The notes below the pieces were generated by a model. It ran no database searches and was not told the origin of the DNA. It worked only from the letters and a program-made list of their open reading frames with translations. The position numbers and the translations under genes are program-made. A DNA stretch of 64,000 nucleotides, taken from positions 1,488,001 to 1,552,000 of the forward strand of contig ML978125.1 in the NCBI GenBank assembly GCA_010015805.1, in the 5' to 3' direction. Source of the stretch: Rhizodiscina lignyota. Taxonomy: Eukaryota. This document shows, piece after piece, positions 49,014 through 61,371 of the stretch; the first letter of the stretch is position 1; every line of letters begins with the position of its first letter.

Positions 49014-49643
49014 TTCAATTCGAAATCGTGCTCACTGACACTTACCATTCGAATATTCCCAGGTACAGTACATAACGCTACCAATATATCGACATTATGG
49101 TGCAGAAGAGACGTTTCTCATTCATGGAATAATTGGCTCCGCTTTCGGCGCGACAGGGATGCAAGCTTGAGCGCGAGACGCGTCGGTGGTCGACATTCAC
49201 GCGTCAATCTCGCTCTTTAAATCTCTAAGTGGCCCAAGTTTCATGCAACCAAAATATGTTCCCTCTTACGAATTTGTTCCACGGTTTTTATTTCATAAAG
49301 TGGTGCAGATCGTGGAGATTCCGTCAACTGGCGCACTGTTACACGGACGCATTTGAAAGGGCGGGCGACAGGTCAGCTAGCCTGAGAAGTAGAGCAAATG
49401 CTTTTCCTTTTCGGTTTTGGCCTGAAGTCAAAAAGTGCTCTCGATCAGAAAGACATGGGTTTTCGAAATCTCCAGCGTTCAGCATTACGAGCTTCATCCA
49501 AGAGGCTATATTTTCGACCCGACTCCTCTCAGATGGCGAGTAGTACTCTTTGCCAGCTGTAACAAGTCGGTCTGCTTTTTATCCGCTGTGGAGAGTCCAG
49601 TCCAGTGACTGTCGTATCAACTATGTATCATTTTCCTTCGGAT

Positions 49644-50589
49644 TTACTCAAACACCATCTTGTTTCTGATCGATCCTATGCCGTCCACAGTAATTTCAAC
49701 CACGTCCCCATTCTTTACGAAGCCTTTGGGCTCCATGAACAGACCAACACCACTAGGCGTGCCAGTTTGGATTGCTGTTCCTTTTCGTAGCGTTGTTCCG
49801 CGGCTCAGATGTGCAATGATCTGCCTCACTGTCCAGATCATGTCCGATGTCTCTGTCTCCTGCCTAAGCTCGCCATTTACCTTCGTAGTGTAGTGCAGCT
49901 TTTGTGGATCTGGGATGAGTTCTGCAGAGGTTATGCAAGGGCCAATGGGCGCAAATTTGTCGAACGACTTCGCATAGCCATGTTGGCCGCCTGACACATC
50001 AGGCATCTGAAAGTTTCTCGCGGACACGTCGTTTCCGACAGTATATCCAAGAACGTAATTCAGAGCATCAGCTTCGGATACGTTCTTCGCGTCCTTGCCA
50101 ATGACGACTGTAAGTTCTCCTTCGTAGTCGAGATGGCTTTGGCATTCTGGATGAACGGGCACGTCTTCGTATGGTCCTGCTAATGCATCTGGCGGCTTCG
50201 TAAAGATAACCGGATTAGACGCGAGTTTGAGCTGCATGGTAATAAGCAAGGAACTCCAACCAAGATCTACTCCAAGATACAGTTGACGTACATTGGCCTC
50301 CGCTGCATGCTGTCGATAATTCAATCCGACACACATAACTATGGGGACACCGGGAAGAGGACATAGCAGCTGGGTATGGTCAATTTCGATTCCTCATGAT
50401 TGAGAAAATGTGAAGTACTTTGTGTATCTTATCCGTCTTCCCCGCCCTTGAAAATTCCGAATGGAGGTCCCCATTCAGAACCTCAACTTCCGCACCTTCT
50501 AATGACCCACTACCAGGCGCTTGCTTCAGATCTCCGAAGTGAATATTTCCGCTTGAATCTGCATATCGCACAAGCCATTTGAAGCTCAT
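49644..50589 (-). CDS. Fumarylacetoacetate hydrolase (FAH) family protein, 2 introns
   Basis: CVGLNYRQH, PVIFTKP, LDYEGEL, GYTVGNDVSAR, KSFDKFAPIGP and TGTPSGVG. Confidence 0.92.
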
Positions 50590-51132
50590 GTTGCTACGGA
50601 CTTTTGGCTGCGGAAATTACACTCTCAGAAAGATATGAGAATCAACTTTCTCTCTATGGTAGGAGTAGTTACATTTAATATGGGCGTCTGACATCCGACG
50701 TCTTCCCAAAGTGCCTCACTGTGCTTTCCAGAGTACTGACTAATGGAGCATGGGCGGAAATTGGCCGAGAACCCCGCGAGTGACCTGAAGTCAGCCTCTA
50801 CAGATAGATTCAAAATCAGCTTCATGTGTACATACGGAAATTTAAAAATGTCATGTAGCCCAGTATGGAAATTCAGAAGCTAAGGGTTTCGAACCGAAAA
50901 AATGCTTGATCAGGGTTTACTACCTAGGAACTAGCGCATGAGGTCGAAACAGCTGACAAAGCAGGCTGTAGGGCTACCACCCCTCATCTGCGAACGGTGA
51001 GAAATTCGTCCGACACCCTCCACTGATCTCACCGTCATTCATAACGGAGCATTCGCCCTCACTTCGGTGTGTTCCTCCAAGGACGTCGTCTATCTCAATA
51101 AGCCGTCACCACGGGCCTTTTCAATACCGCAG

Positions 51133-53886
51133 ATGGCCGATGAGGCTGAAAACAGTGGATCTGGAGAGCACGAGCATGTGGCTGAGAACGTCTCAGCAGA
51201 TGGCTTGTCACCATTGGCGTGCTTCAGCTGCAAAAGGCGAAAAGTGAAATGGTAAGGGAGCACAAGTACTTCTTCAGAAGCTTCACGCGCTGAAGCGGTC
51301 GATATGTTGTTTCCCTTCTGATATTGAACACTGCATTCACTCCATCGCTCAATGGACGCGTCTGATATTATCGCGCTCGTGCCATTCGAAAAGGGACGTC
51401 AAGCACTAACTATGATAGCAACCGGGCATTGCCGACGTGCTCGTTATGCACCAAGATCGGGGCGGCATGCGAATACCCTACGCATGCTGAAAAACCTGGG
51501 CCTAAAGCTGGTATGTTCGATTCCATGCACTACTCCAACATATCTTACGGCCGGTCTTAGCTTCGTCATCGGGGTAATCAAGGCTGTTGTGCTCCCAATA
51601 TTTTCCACGTCCATCTATAAGCGTAGCTGGATCAATCGGATCACAGTTTTGGGCACACTCTCGGAAACATTAGACGATCTGCTCGTTGCAATTCGTAGAT
51701 TAATGAATCTGCAGGAACCCCACAAAAGAACAAGCGACGTCGAATAGGCGATGGCCCAACAGCCACATCTACATCGGCCACTGCACCATCCGAAGATGGC
51801 CCTTCTCCCCCCACGGGCTTTGGGCTCGATATTATGGGAGGCGTCCGGGGCCTATCATTTGGCCGCCATGAGGGTGACATAGATCACCCACGTAGACACA
51901 GTGAGAACAACACTGCGGCTACGGGTACTCTCTCAATTCCTTCTGAGAGAAAGACGAGCCATTCGAAGGCTCCAACCTTGGCTCAAATCATGTATCCATC
52001 TCATGAATTGCAAACTCGACCTCAATCACCATTCACCCCGGACCCCTCCCCTGAGCGGCCGAATAAGGCTGGAAAAATGACGGTCGAAAGTGTCTGCGAG
52101 GGCTTAAAAATATCTACCGATACATATCATTTCCTGTAAGCTCAAGCACCCGCTGTTTCCGCTGTTCCACCGCTGACGGATGGATTTCCTTAGTATGGAA
52201 TGCTATTTCGCGAACATGACGACGTACTCGCTTTTTAAGCCGCATTCGATTGAGAGCAAACTACCCCAGATGCGAAGTCGAGCAGAAGCCGAAGCATTAA
52301 TCGCTGCCATGTTTTCTTTTTCCGCCCGTTTCGACGGCGGCCACGACTTTGCCGGCCGTACTGAGGATTGCCCGGCGCCCAATTATTTTGCGCACATTGC
52401 GTCGTCCCAACTGGACCGCGCATTGAACGAGTGCGGTGACATGACACCTCCATTATGGGTGTTGCAAGCTTGTATACTGGTGACATTCTACCAGCTCACA
52501 CGAAGTGTTCGCTCACGATCATGGCGAGCGCTTGGTAGCTGTATCCGGCTTGCTTATGACATGCAGTTGCATATTGTAGATGCTAACCATGATCGAGAGG
52601 CGGCAGCAGAAGGGCGTATTGACCTGAAGAAGTGGTCGGCCCAAGAAGAACGAAGAAGAGCCTGGTGGGCCATTTGGGAGATGGACGTTTTCGCCAGTAC
52701 GATCCGGAGACTTCCCACAGCCATCGACTGGGCTCAGAATATGACCCTTCTACCAGTACACGATCACTACTGGTTCAACGATTTATTCCAGAACAGCACT
52801 TTCCTCGTGCATGATATCAACCTGCGCTGGAAATGTCTTGCCAAGAGTGGCAACAACAGCCCACGAGCTTGGTTCATCGTGATAAATTCGCTGATGAGAA
52901 ATACGCAATTGATCGTTTACCCTCCCGGATCTGCAATGCAATCTCCGTATGAGAGACGAGCTGAATCCAGTCAGGCCGACCTTGACATCATGGCAAACTG
53001 CCTTTACTGCACAGTCGTGTCTCTCCCGCCGGAACTTTCGTACAGCGGTGAAACGCTTGACTTCCACACACGTGGCTCTCCTCGCGACATCAATCCGCGA
53101 CAGTACCACTGCGACAAATACAGCCTGCACCTCATGACACAGCTGGCACGGTTCATGTTCTACCATCACAAAGTCAGCGCCCAAGCGCCGTGGGTTCGTC
53201 CCACTGGGGAAGAACAGGCAAACGAGAGCAACGCAACGACGTCGGAGTGGTCAAACTACATCAGTGCGGCAGACGAAATCGTCACAGCGATCAGGAACAG
53301 CTCAAAGGATCATTATAAATATGTGAACCCATTCCTCATGAACTGCGTCTGGTTTGCTGCTGCCGCACAATGCGCCTGCAAGGTCTTCGGTCCAGCCACC
53401 TTCGACAAACGTGTAGCAGATTCGAATCTTGCTTTGCTACGACTCACTGTGGAGCGCTTCATTACGTTCTGGGGCAGTGCGGATACATTGAAGAGCAAAC
53501 TGGCTCGCATGGAGCAAGGCTTGAAGAGCTTGATGGCGAAGGAGAATGGAGAATCAGCCCCGAAGCAAGAACCGTCTTCCGCAACACGCCACGAGAGTAG
53601 TGCATCTCAACCGAGCTTCACGCCTCAAAGTACTGAGACATTGCCCGTGCCGTACCAAACTCCTGGTACGGATCAGTCCATGCCGTATACGGCTGTCGAT
53701 CCCGGCGATCCGGATGCTTCGCAAGGCTTAATGAGCAATCCGTATGACTTCACGCAGCCGTTTTTGATGCCGGATGTGAGTGGGTTCTTGAGCGGACCCA
53801 CAGAGTACTTCCCGTATGGGTTGGAAGAGCTGTTGATGTATGGATCTGCACCTGGACAACAGTTGCCTGCCCAAGCGCCGACATAG
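51133..53886 (+). CDS. Zn(II)2Cys6 transcription factor with fungal TF middle domain, 3 introns
   Basis: Spliced cluster ACFSCKRRKVK-C-NRALPTCSLCTKIGAACEYP, and EERRRAWWAIWEMDVFAS in the middle homology region. Confidence 0.9.
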
Positions 53887-54618
53887 TGTCAGCCGGAACG
53901 ATGGTGTAGATGACATTCTTTTGAATAGAGGCAAGCTATCATTTCGATGCTAGGCACACGTTATGTTAAAGGACATGAATCCGTTTACGTATTGATGTCG
54001 TAACTACCTGTAGAGTCTACCCTTCTTGTTGTTCACAAGTGATGGTCCGTGTTGTTCACCTGATGAGCGGAGGGTTCGGCCTTTACTATGGCACTTTCAT
54101 GAATATCCAGTGATGAGCGCCATCAACAGGGATGCGGCGAAGGTAAGCTTCGGTGGACCTCCATGGCGTTGCTCAACGAGAAACATTGAGCAAAAGTTCA
54201 CTTGGGTTGATTTAACTGGCACAATGACATTGCTGGAGTGAGAGGCATTGAGGAAGTCTCTGGTTCGTTCATTATTCAATGTTTAGATCTGGGTTTAAAT
54301 AACCTTCACAAATTTAATGCAGCTAAGGTCGGTTGTTTCTGACTACTTGTGATTAACGGTGCACAGGTCAAAAGAACATCTGGAACCAATAACCCTGGTT
54401 CCATTGGACTTGCGGCAAGGCGCATTCTGTCTCTTCCCATGTTTTACCAACAAACGAACACCTGCACGCGCTTCACAATTTCCACGTGTGCATGGAAGCT
54501 TTATGACACTCCATCTCCCTTCATTCTCTTAAATTATTTTTCTCAAAGCTTCTACTTTGCAGACTTTCTGTCCCACCATACCAAACACCGCGTCACAGTG
54601 CGCCTGGTTCTCGTCAAG

Positions 54619-55491
54619 ATGCTCGCGGGTGCACTGAAGATCGCTTTGCTCTGGTCCTTCGCGGGATTCTGGCAAATTGCGATGCTGTTCAAGTCGTTTG
54701 TCGGAATAGCGGTGTTGGTCGTTCTATCCATGGAAGGACTGCATACTGTGTGGAGATGGTACAAGACTTCAACTGCTTCGGCACTTCCTGTCATTCTGGT
54801 AAGTCTAGCGATATGGTCATCTTCTCCGCGTCGTATTACATTGAGTCTTCTGACAGCTTAACAGGAGCGCAAGGCCGATAAAGCCGCTGAGCGGAGGATC
54901 AGTGGCTTCCGGATCATGGATCTCCCCGCTGAAATTCGCGTTCAAATCCTTAATTACTGCGCAGAGATTCCGGTGTCGATCGATCAAAGACTCTTCCGCA
55001 AATATCAGCCAGTCATTGTCGCCACGACGATGGTCTCTCGCAAGCTCCGAAATGAGGCTGAAGAAACCTTCTATGCGCGCAACACTTTCGTTTACGACTT
55101 CGGCGCTCACCGCAATACCTTAGCAGAGAACTTCGAGGCCGTGCGAGACCGTAGAATGATGCGTCGCTACCTCCAACCCGACACGCCATACCCTTTCCCT
55201 CATCGCGTTCGCCCTATGATTCGACATCTCGCGCTTGTGCTTGTCGTGCCCAAGCCATCGGAGATGAGCCAGGCCGTCAAATTGTGGATGTCTCCACTGG
55301 TATCGCTGAAGCGTGATGGCTTCACGAAGTTGACGTCGCTGAAAGTGTCCTTCTCTGTAGTGTACGGACTTGCCGAGGGCAAACTGAAGCCTGCAGTGCG
55401 TGCCACGATGGAGCAGGCCGCGCGACGATTCGTCTCCGAGATCCAGCTTCCTGCGACCACTGTGGATATCGATTGGTCAGGTCTACAGTAG
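54619..55491 (+). CDS. Hypothetical protein: hydrophobic N-terminal exon plus F-box-like LPxEIR domain
   Basis: Intron 54799..54864 (GTAAGT..CTGAC..AACAG) joins a hydrophobic exon in frame to FRIMDLPAEIRVQIL..VSRKLRNEAEETFYARNTF. Confidence 0.65.
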
Positions 55492-55945
55492 GTGACATGG
55501 AGGGAAGACTGCATCTACGTGAGAGATGTAGTGGAGCAATTTCATACATTACGGTTTCGTGACAAGAATGGCTTGGGACATTGAAGGCGTCAAGTTAAAT
55601 GTCAGCATAGACATTAAGCAGGCGATCGGTGGCGTTTAGCGAGAATGTCTTCAGAGGATGTCAAATATACAACCTCAGTCGTTTCGGGGAGTTGCTAAAG
55701 TGGCTCTTTCTGCCTCTCGGAGTAGCAATAGCATAAGCTCTTGAAGGAGCAGGTACAACTCAATGATGAACATACTTACGCCACTTTACTCTCCTTGCTC
55801 CCATTGGGTTTCCACTTTCTCTCCTCATCTCGAAAGACCATCGTGGTTGTTCCCAATACAACATCCAAATCATCATTCTACTACTAATTCGAAAGTCTAG
55901 CATCACCAGCCTTTCCATTTCCCATTTCTGCTTTCTGATACCACG

Positions 55946-56855
55946 ATGACAGCAGCAAGATCCATCGAGTTGCCGTCAGGGGACGAAGCACAGCTCGTCT
56001 CCCAGAAGATGCGCGAGGAAGGCGGTTCTCACAAGGGACCAATGGCTGCTCATGTCCAGTCCGACGTCGCAAAGAAGCATGTAAGTCTGCATGTAGCATG
56101 TGTACTGCCATTAGCTAAGCCGACGCGAGCAGAACTTCGAGAAGGTTGCCGAAGCGATCCAGACAAAGATGGACTCTAATCCAGCGTCTGTAACAACGGC
56201 GGATGCTAGTCACATCCAGAAGCTTGAGGCGAGGGTCACAGGGGGCTGTGTGCCGAAGCATGGAGTGTCTGCTCGCGCTCAGCATGTCGCTGCCGTGAAC
56301 GGGCCAAAGACCGCAGAGGGCAGCGATAAGGCCGAGACAACCAAGGGAAACGGTTCATACGACGACAACCGCAGCGTCCTTGAGCGGTTCAAAGCCAAAA
56401 GCCGCCGTGAGAGGAAAGAGCGGGGCCACGATGATCATGAGATCGCTACTCTGAGCGCGGAGACGCAGGCAGCCTTTGATGGTCTCATGGCGGATCAACA
56501 ACATCGTTATATAGCAGCTGGGACTATAGGGATAACGAAAGCTGCTCTTCTCGCTATGCACTCCACATGCCCGAGCGGAGATGGCTGGCGCAAGATATTG
56601 GAGGAAGTCTTTGAGGGACTTTGGGAAGAACCACAGAATACTGGAAACAATGAGCAGTTCAAAGATTTGATGGCTGCTTACGAGAAAGCGGCGGACAATG
56701 TCCTTAGGCAGACAATTCCGAACAAAGATCGTCAGGAGCAGCTTTGCAAGAAGTTCAGGGAATTAATGCAAGAGCAGCTGGAGATGAATCTTGACAAAAT
56801 CGTGGAATCGTGGGACTCCCTGGAGAGCTGTACGGATGGCTCTGTGAAGAGATGA
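55946..56855 (+). CDS. SMP/LEA-like N-terminal repeats fused to an unknown helical domain
   Basis: GGSHKGPMAAHVQS, intron approx. 56081..56132, then VTTADASHIQKLEARVTG..GVSARAQ. Confidence 0.6.
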
Positions 56856-57319
56856 AGATTGCTTTAGATTACGGACGGACATCGTATACATGAAGGGGTA
56901 GAAGGCACAGAGGTACGGAGTAGAAGAGGATAAGAGTACAATCACGCTCCTTTATTAAATACTGCTTCTCCGTAAACTATGTGATGGACCTGCATTACCG
57001 AGGATTTGCAGCTCTCAAATGGCGTTTCACATGGCTGCAGGCATGTATTATAGTGTCGAGTACGCTCTCCAAAATAACAATGTTCCGCTGAGCTGTTGGT
57101 GGATTTATCTCGACACTGTAAGCGTGCAGGGATGGCAGGGGTCACGCTAGTCGCGGGGACACGAAATGCCCACCACCACCCAAAAACTGCTAGTAAACAA
57201 CTCACCGCTCTCTGCAAGCGACCCACTACTCCAACCACTCCGTGAATTTCCACCTTCCACATACCTTTCGCAGCGAGCTGTGCTCTGTGAACATCTAGCA
57301 AGGTCATCAAAACTTCATC

Positions 57320-59061
57320 ATGAGGGGCGAGGTACGTGATTTCAGCGCGTTTTTGCACGCGTCGCCGCAGGCATCAACAATTTCCCCTCTACGCCCCCTT
57401 TTGACACAATGAAACTGATAGAGCTCTTTCAATACAGGTTTGCCATATCCATATCGGCCAGGCTGGCACGCAGCTTGGCAACAGCGCGTGGGAGCTGTAA
57501 GCAGTCACTATCTTTACAGCGAGCTCGAAAATACAGCAATTGACGTCTCAAACACAGGTACCTCCTCGAGCATGGCCTCAAGGCGGACGGCAAGCCTGAT
57601 CCCGACCACAAGGAAGGGATGGAGGGAGGCTCCTTCGAGACTTTCTTCACCGAGACGGGCAACGGCAAATACGTTCCTCGCTCCATTTTCGTCGACCTTG
57701 ACCCTTCGGTACGTGAACGAGACGAATACACTCCAATGTCGTTAGTTGAGGACAATGACTGATATGTTCGTTAGCCAATTGATGAAATTCGCACTGGTGC
57801 ATACCGCCAGCTCTTCCACCCTGAGCTGTTGATCAGCGGCAAGGAGGATGCGGCCAACAACTGTATGTTTGGGATTGGTCTTAATGGGGAGCAGATTGCT
57901 AATATCGGAGATAGATGCTCGTGGCCACTACACCATCGGCAAGGAGCTCGTTGATAACGTGATTGACCGCGTTCGTCGCGTTGCCGGTATATTTGCTTCG
58001 CTGTAAAGCCCTGGGGAAATTTGCTGAGAAATTTGTAGACAACTGCTCCTCCCTTCAGGGATTCCTCATCTTCCACTCCTTCGGCGGCGGCACTGGCTCT
58101 GGTTTCGGTGCTCTGCTTCTTGAGCGTCTCTCGACTGACTACGGCAAGAAGTCTAAGCTCGAGTTTGCCATCTACCCGGCTCCGCGTGTCTCCACCTCCA
58201 TCGTCGAGCCCTACAACGCAGTCCTCTCGACCCACAGCACTATCGAGAACTCTGACTGCACGTTCCTTGTCGACAATGAGGCTGTCTACGACATCTGCCG
58301 TCGTAACCTTGATATCCCGCGCCCAAACTATGAGCATCTCAACCGTCTGATCGCTCAGGTTGTCAGCTCCATCACCTCCAGCTTGCGGTTCGATGGTGCT
58401 CTCAACGTCGACTTGAACGAGTTCCAGACGAACTTGGTGCCATACCCTCGCATTCACTACCCGCTCATCAGCTACGCGCCGGTCATCTCGACGAACAAGA
58501 GCGGCCATGAGAGCTTCAAGGTCAACGACCTGACCTTCCAATGTATGTTTCAGATTGTCGGGCGTATTTGTAATCTCCATCTAACACTCAGCAGGCTTCG
58601 AGCCTAACAACCAGATGGTTGTCTGCGATCCACGCAATGGCAAGTACATGGCCGTTGCCCTCCTCTACCGTGGCGACGTTGTGCCTCGCGACTGCAACGC
58701 GGCAGTTGCTGCTCTCAAGGCCAAGCAGTCCTTCAACTTGGTTGAGTGGTGCCCCACTGGGTTCAAGATCGGCATCAACTACACCAAGCCCCAGGCAGTC
58801 CCTGGTAGCGAGCTTGCCCCTGTCGACCGCAGCGTCTCCATGCTGTCCAACACGACTGCCATCGCCGAGGCTTGGAGCCGTCTCGACCACAAGTTCGACC
58901 TCATGTACTCGAAGCGGGCCTTCGTCCACTGGTACGTTGGTGAGGGTATGGAGGAGGGCGAGTTCAGCGAGGCTAGGGAGGACCTTGCGGCTCTCGAGAA
59001 GGACTACGAGGAGGTCGCTGCTGACAACCTCGAGGAGGGTGCCGATGAAGGCGAATACTAG
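57320..59061 (+). CDS. tubB: Alpha-tubulin, alpha-2 (tubB-type) paralogue, 6 introns
   Basis: [46 protein letters not shown], and C-terminal [26 protein letters not shown]. Confidence 0.93.
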
Positions 59062-59518
59062 ACTGTCAAGTATAAAGATTGCGGTGTTGGGGAATGCACA
59101 TTGGAGCAAGATGATCTCGACATGATTAATTGGATCGAGCACCCGTACGGCTGAATATTTCCTTTGTGCTTCTTGGACGGCTAGAGGTACATCAAGCAAA
59201 AGTGATATGAAGCGGGGGTTTTGTTGTTCAGATAGTATGAGTATCGAACAATGTTGATAGGAATTGGAAAGCCATCAATTGAGCAGTCTCACAAGCACAA
59301 CTGAACGTCCAATAGAAGTAACTCTGATTATGTATATGCTGGAGATCATTGCATTCTTTGAGATCTGCACAACCATGCATTCGCGTCATCTGTCTTACCA
59401 CCGACTATGTCCGATATGCACCCCGCCAAAAGACAATAGCTTCCCATCATCTCACCACCACGCAATTGCACTTCTTTCTCTTCTCTCCAACAGTCAATTT
59501 CATTGATTGATTTTCACC

Positions 59519-60895
59519 ATGTCCATAATCAACATATCCCTCCCCTTCTTCTCTCGTCGCGCCACCCATTCCTCCTCCGACCCCTCAACCTCAATCAAAC
59601 TCGACTCGGTCCCAATCCACAGAGTCGAGACACTCCATTCGAAGCCCGCACGAACGCTCAAGCACCTTATAAAAGCCAACCATGCAAACCACTCTGTCAT
59701 ATACCACGACCTCCGCTTCCACAACCACGCGCCTCACATCCTAGGCTCCGCATACATTCTCGGCGGCACATCAGAGCACCTCAACGCCATCTACGCTAAA
59801 GAAGATACTAAGCTCGAGCCATGGCACGACGCGCCGAGCGAGATCAGCAAGGAGGACTGGCGCGACTTCCTCGGGAAGCGGAACTACCAGCGCGCGTACA
59901 TCGACTTCTTCGAGGACCAGCTGGTGCAGTATGGGTACGACTGGGAGAAGATGCTGCATGACTTCTTGTATGCGGAGGAGGGGGAGCCGGGGAAGGAGGG
60001 GTTCAAGGGGCCGTTGATCAATAATATGATCAGTGGGTTGGGACATCCGCTGATTCATTTGGGGTATGCGGTGGAGCTGCATTCGAAGACGGTGGCGATT
60101 GAGGCGTTGACGCTGGTGGCATGCTTCTACGATGACTGGCATAAGTACTTGGATGATCCGAAGTACACCAAGGCAGTGCCGGATACGTTCTGGGGCGCAG
60201 AGGCGGATGGGAAGGGCAAAGGGAAGAGCAAGCCAACACCGCTGGAGCTGCTGCACAAGGCAGAGCAGGACAAGCAATTCGATGGCATGTTCTCGGAGCC
60301 CGGCGGGGATAACCTCAGTGAGCTGTTTGAGAAGAAAGAAGATGCGCTACTGGAATACTGGAACGCATGGGAGCTGCACCCCGATCCAAAGGACCAGTTC
60401 CACCTCTCACAACGCGCAGCTGTTGCGATTCTTGTAGGCACGCACGATGCGAGCCATCAATACGACTTCTTCTTCTGCCATCTCCTGACCACGAGCCATG
60501 CCGTACGTATTCTACTGCCCGCAATTGAAAGCAGATGGCACAAGAACCTCGTCCGGCAGTGGTGGTTATTCACCGCCTCCGTATACATCGCCCAGACACG
60601 TCCCAGGATTTCCGAAGCGTCGATCAACGATGTGAAGCTCGACGGAAGAGACTGGAAATGGGTGGATCACCACATCTTGACGTCGAAGTGGAGTATGGAT
60701 GCGCACCACGTCAAGGCAGCGCGGGCGATGAAGGAGGCAGCGGCGACGTGGGGCGATAAGGACCAGTTCTTCATGAAGGCGGCGGTGAAGTTTGTGAGCG
60801 AGTTCAATGGATGGGGTGGGTTCTCGGCGGCGGATAGGAAGGCCAGGGAGGAGAGGTTGTCGAAGACGGAGCTGTTGGGAACGACGATGGATTGA
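59519..60895 (+). CDS. Questin oxidase/AflY (HypA)-like oxidoreductase family protein
   Basis: FHNHAPHIL, SGLGHPLIHLGYA, DFFFCHLLTTSHA and DAHHVKAARA. Confidence 0.78.
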   Translation: MSIINISLPFFSRRATHSSSDPSTSIKLDSVPIHRVETLHSKPARTLKHLIKANHANHSVIYHDLRFHNHAPHILGSAYILGGTSEHLNAIYAKEDTKLEPWHDAPSEISKEDWRDFLGKRNYQRAYIDFFEDQLVQYGYDWEKMLHDFLYAEEGEPGKEGFKGPLINNMISGLGHPLIHLGYAVELHSKTVAIEALTLVACFYDDWHKYLDDPKYTKAVPDTFWGAEADGKGKGKSKPTPLELLHKAEQDKQFDGMFSEPGGDNLSELFEKKEDALLEYWNAWELHPDPKDQFHLSQRAAVAILVGTHDASHQYDFFFCHLLTTSHAVRILLPAIESRWHKNLVRQWWLFTASVYIAQTRPRISEASINDVKLDGRDWKWVDHHILTSKWSMDAHHVKAARAMKEAAATWGDKDQFFMKAAVKFVSEFNGWGGFSAADRKAREERLSKTELLGTTMD

Positions 60896-61371
60896 GGGAT
60901 AGCTGGCTGGCATCATGATCAGGGTCAAATTGATCAGGCATGAGGATTATGCATGGCAAATTGACATTTGCTTGGTGTATTAATAATAATGATAATGGGC
61001 TATGGAGCTAATGATAACATTTCCCCTAATTAATAGCGAACTTTTCGCACAGAAGTTGAAGACAGACCCGCCAATTTTGCCTCTACTACACACCTGGGTA
61101 TTTACCCACGACTCTATCTCCAACTCCATCTCCATTTCTACCTGTCCGCTGTCGGAAATTAGACTGCCGTATGAGAAGCTGAGAGGTTGGAATCGCTTGG
61201 TAAAATCATGCAAAATGGATTCTAGCCACTCTATATATAATTGCAGCATATTATGCATCTTTCATCCAGTCTCAGATAAACGCCTAGAAAAAGAAATATG
61301 ATACAGAGAGCTTAAGAAAGCTGAATGCAACGGCCCATCAACATTACTCCATACACCGACATTGAAGCTGC

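Noticed and set aside
51515..51524. GTTCGATTCC resembling a tRNA T-loop/B box
   Set aside because: It overlaps an intron donor and no cloverleaf can be folded around it.
51561..51573. Possible 13-nt micro-exon within the second intron of the Zn2Cys6 gene
   Set aside because: Including it shifts the frame; direct splicing from approx. 51511 to 51714 already keeps the frame.
39616..53886. Secondary-metabolite biosynthetic cluster
   Set aside because: No PKS, NRPS, terpene synthase or prenyltransferase in or beside it; the enzyme set fits catabolism better.
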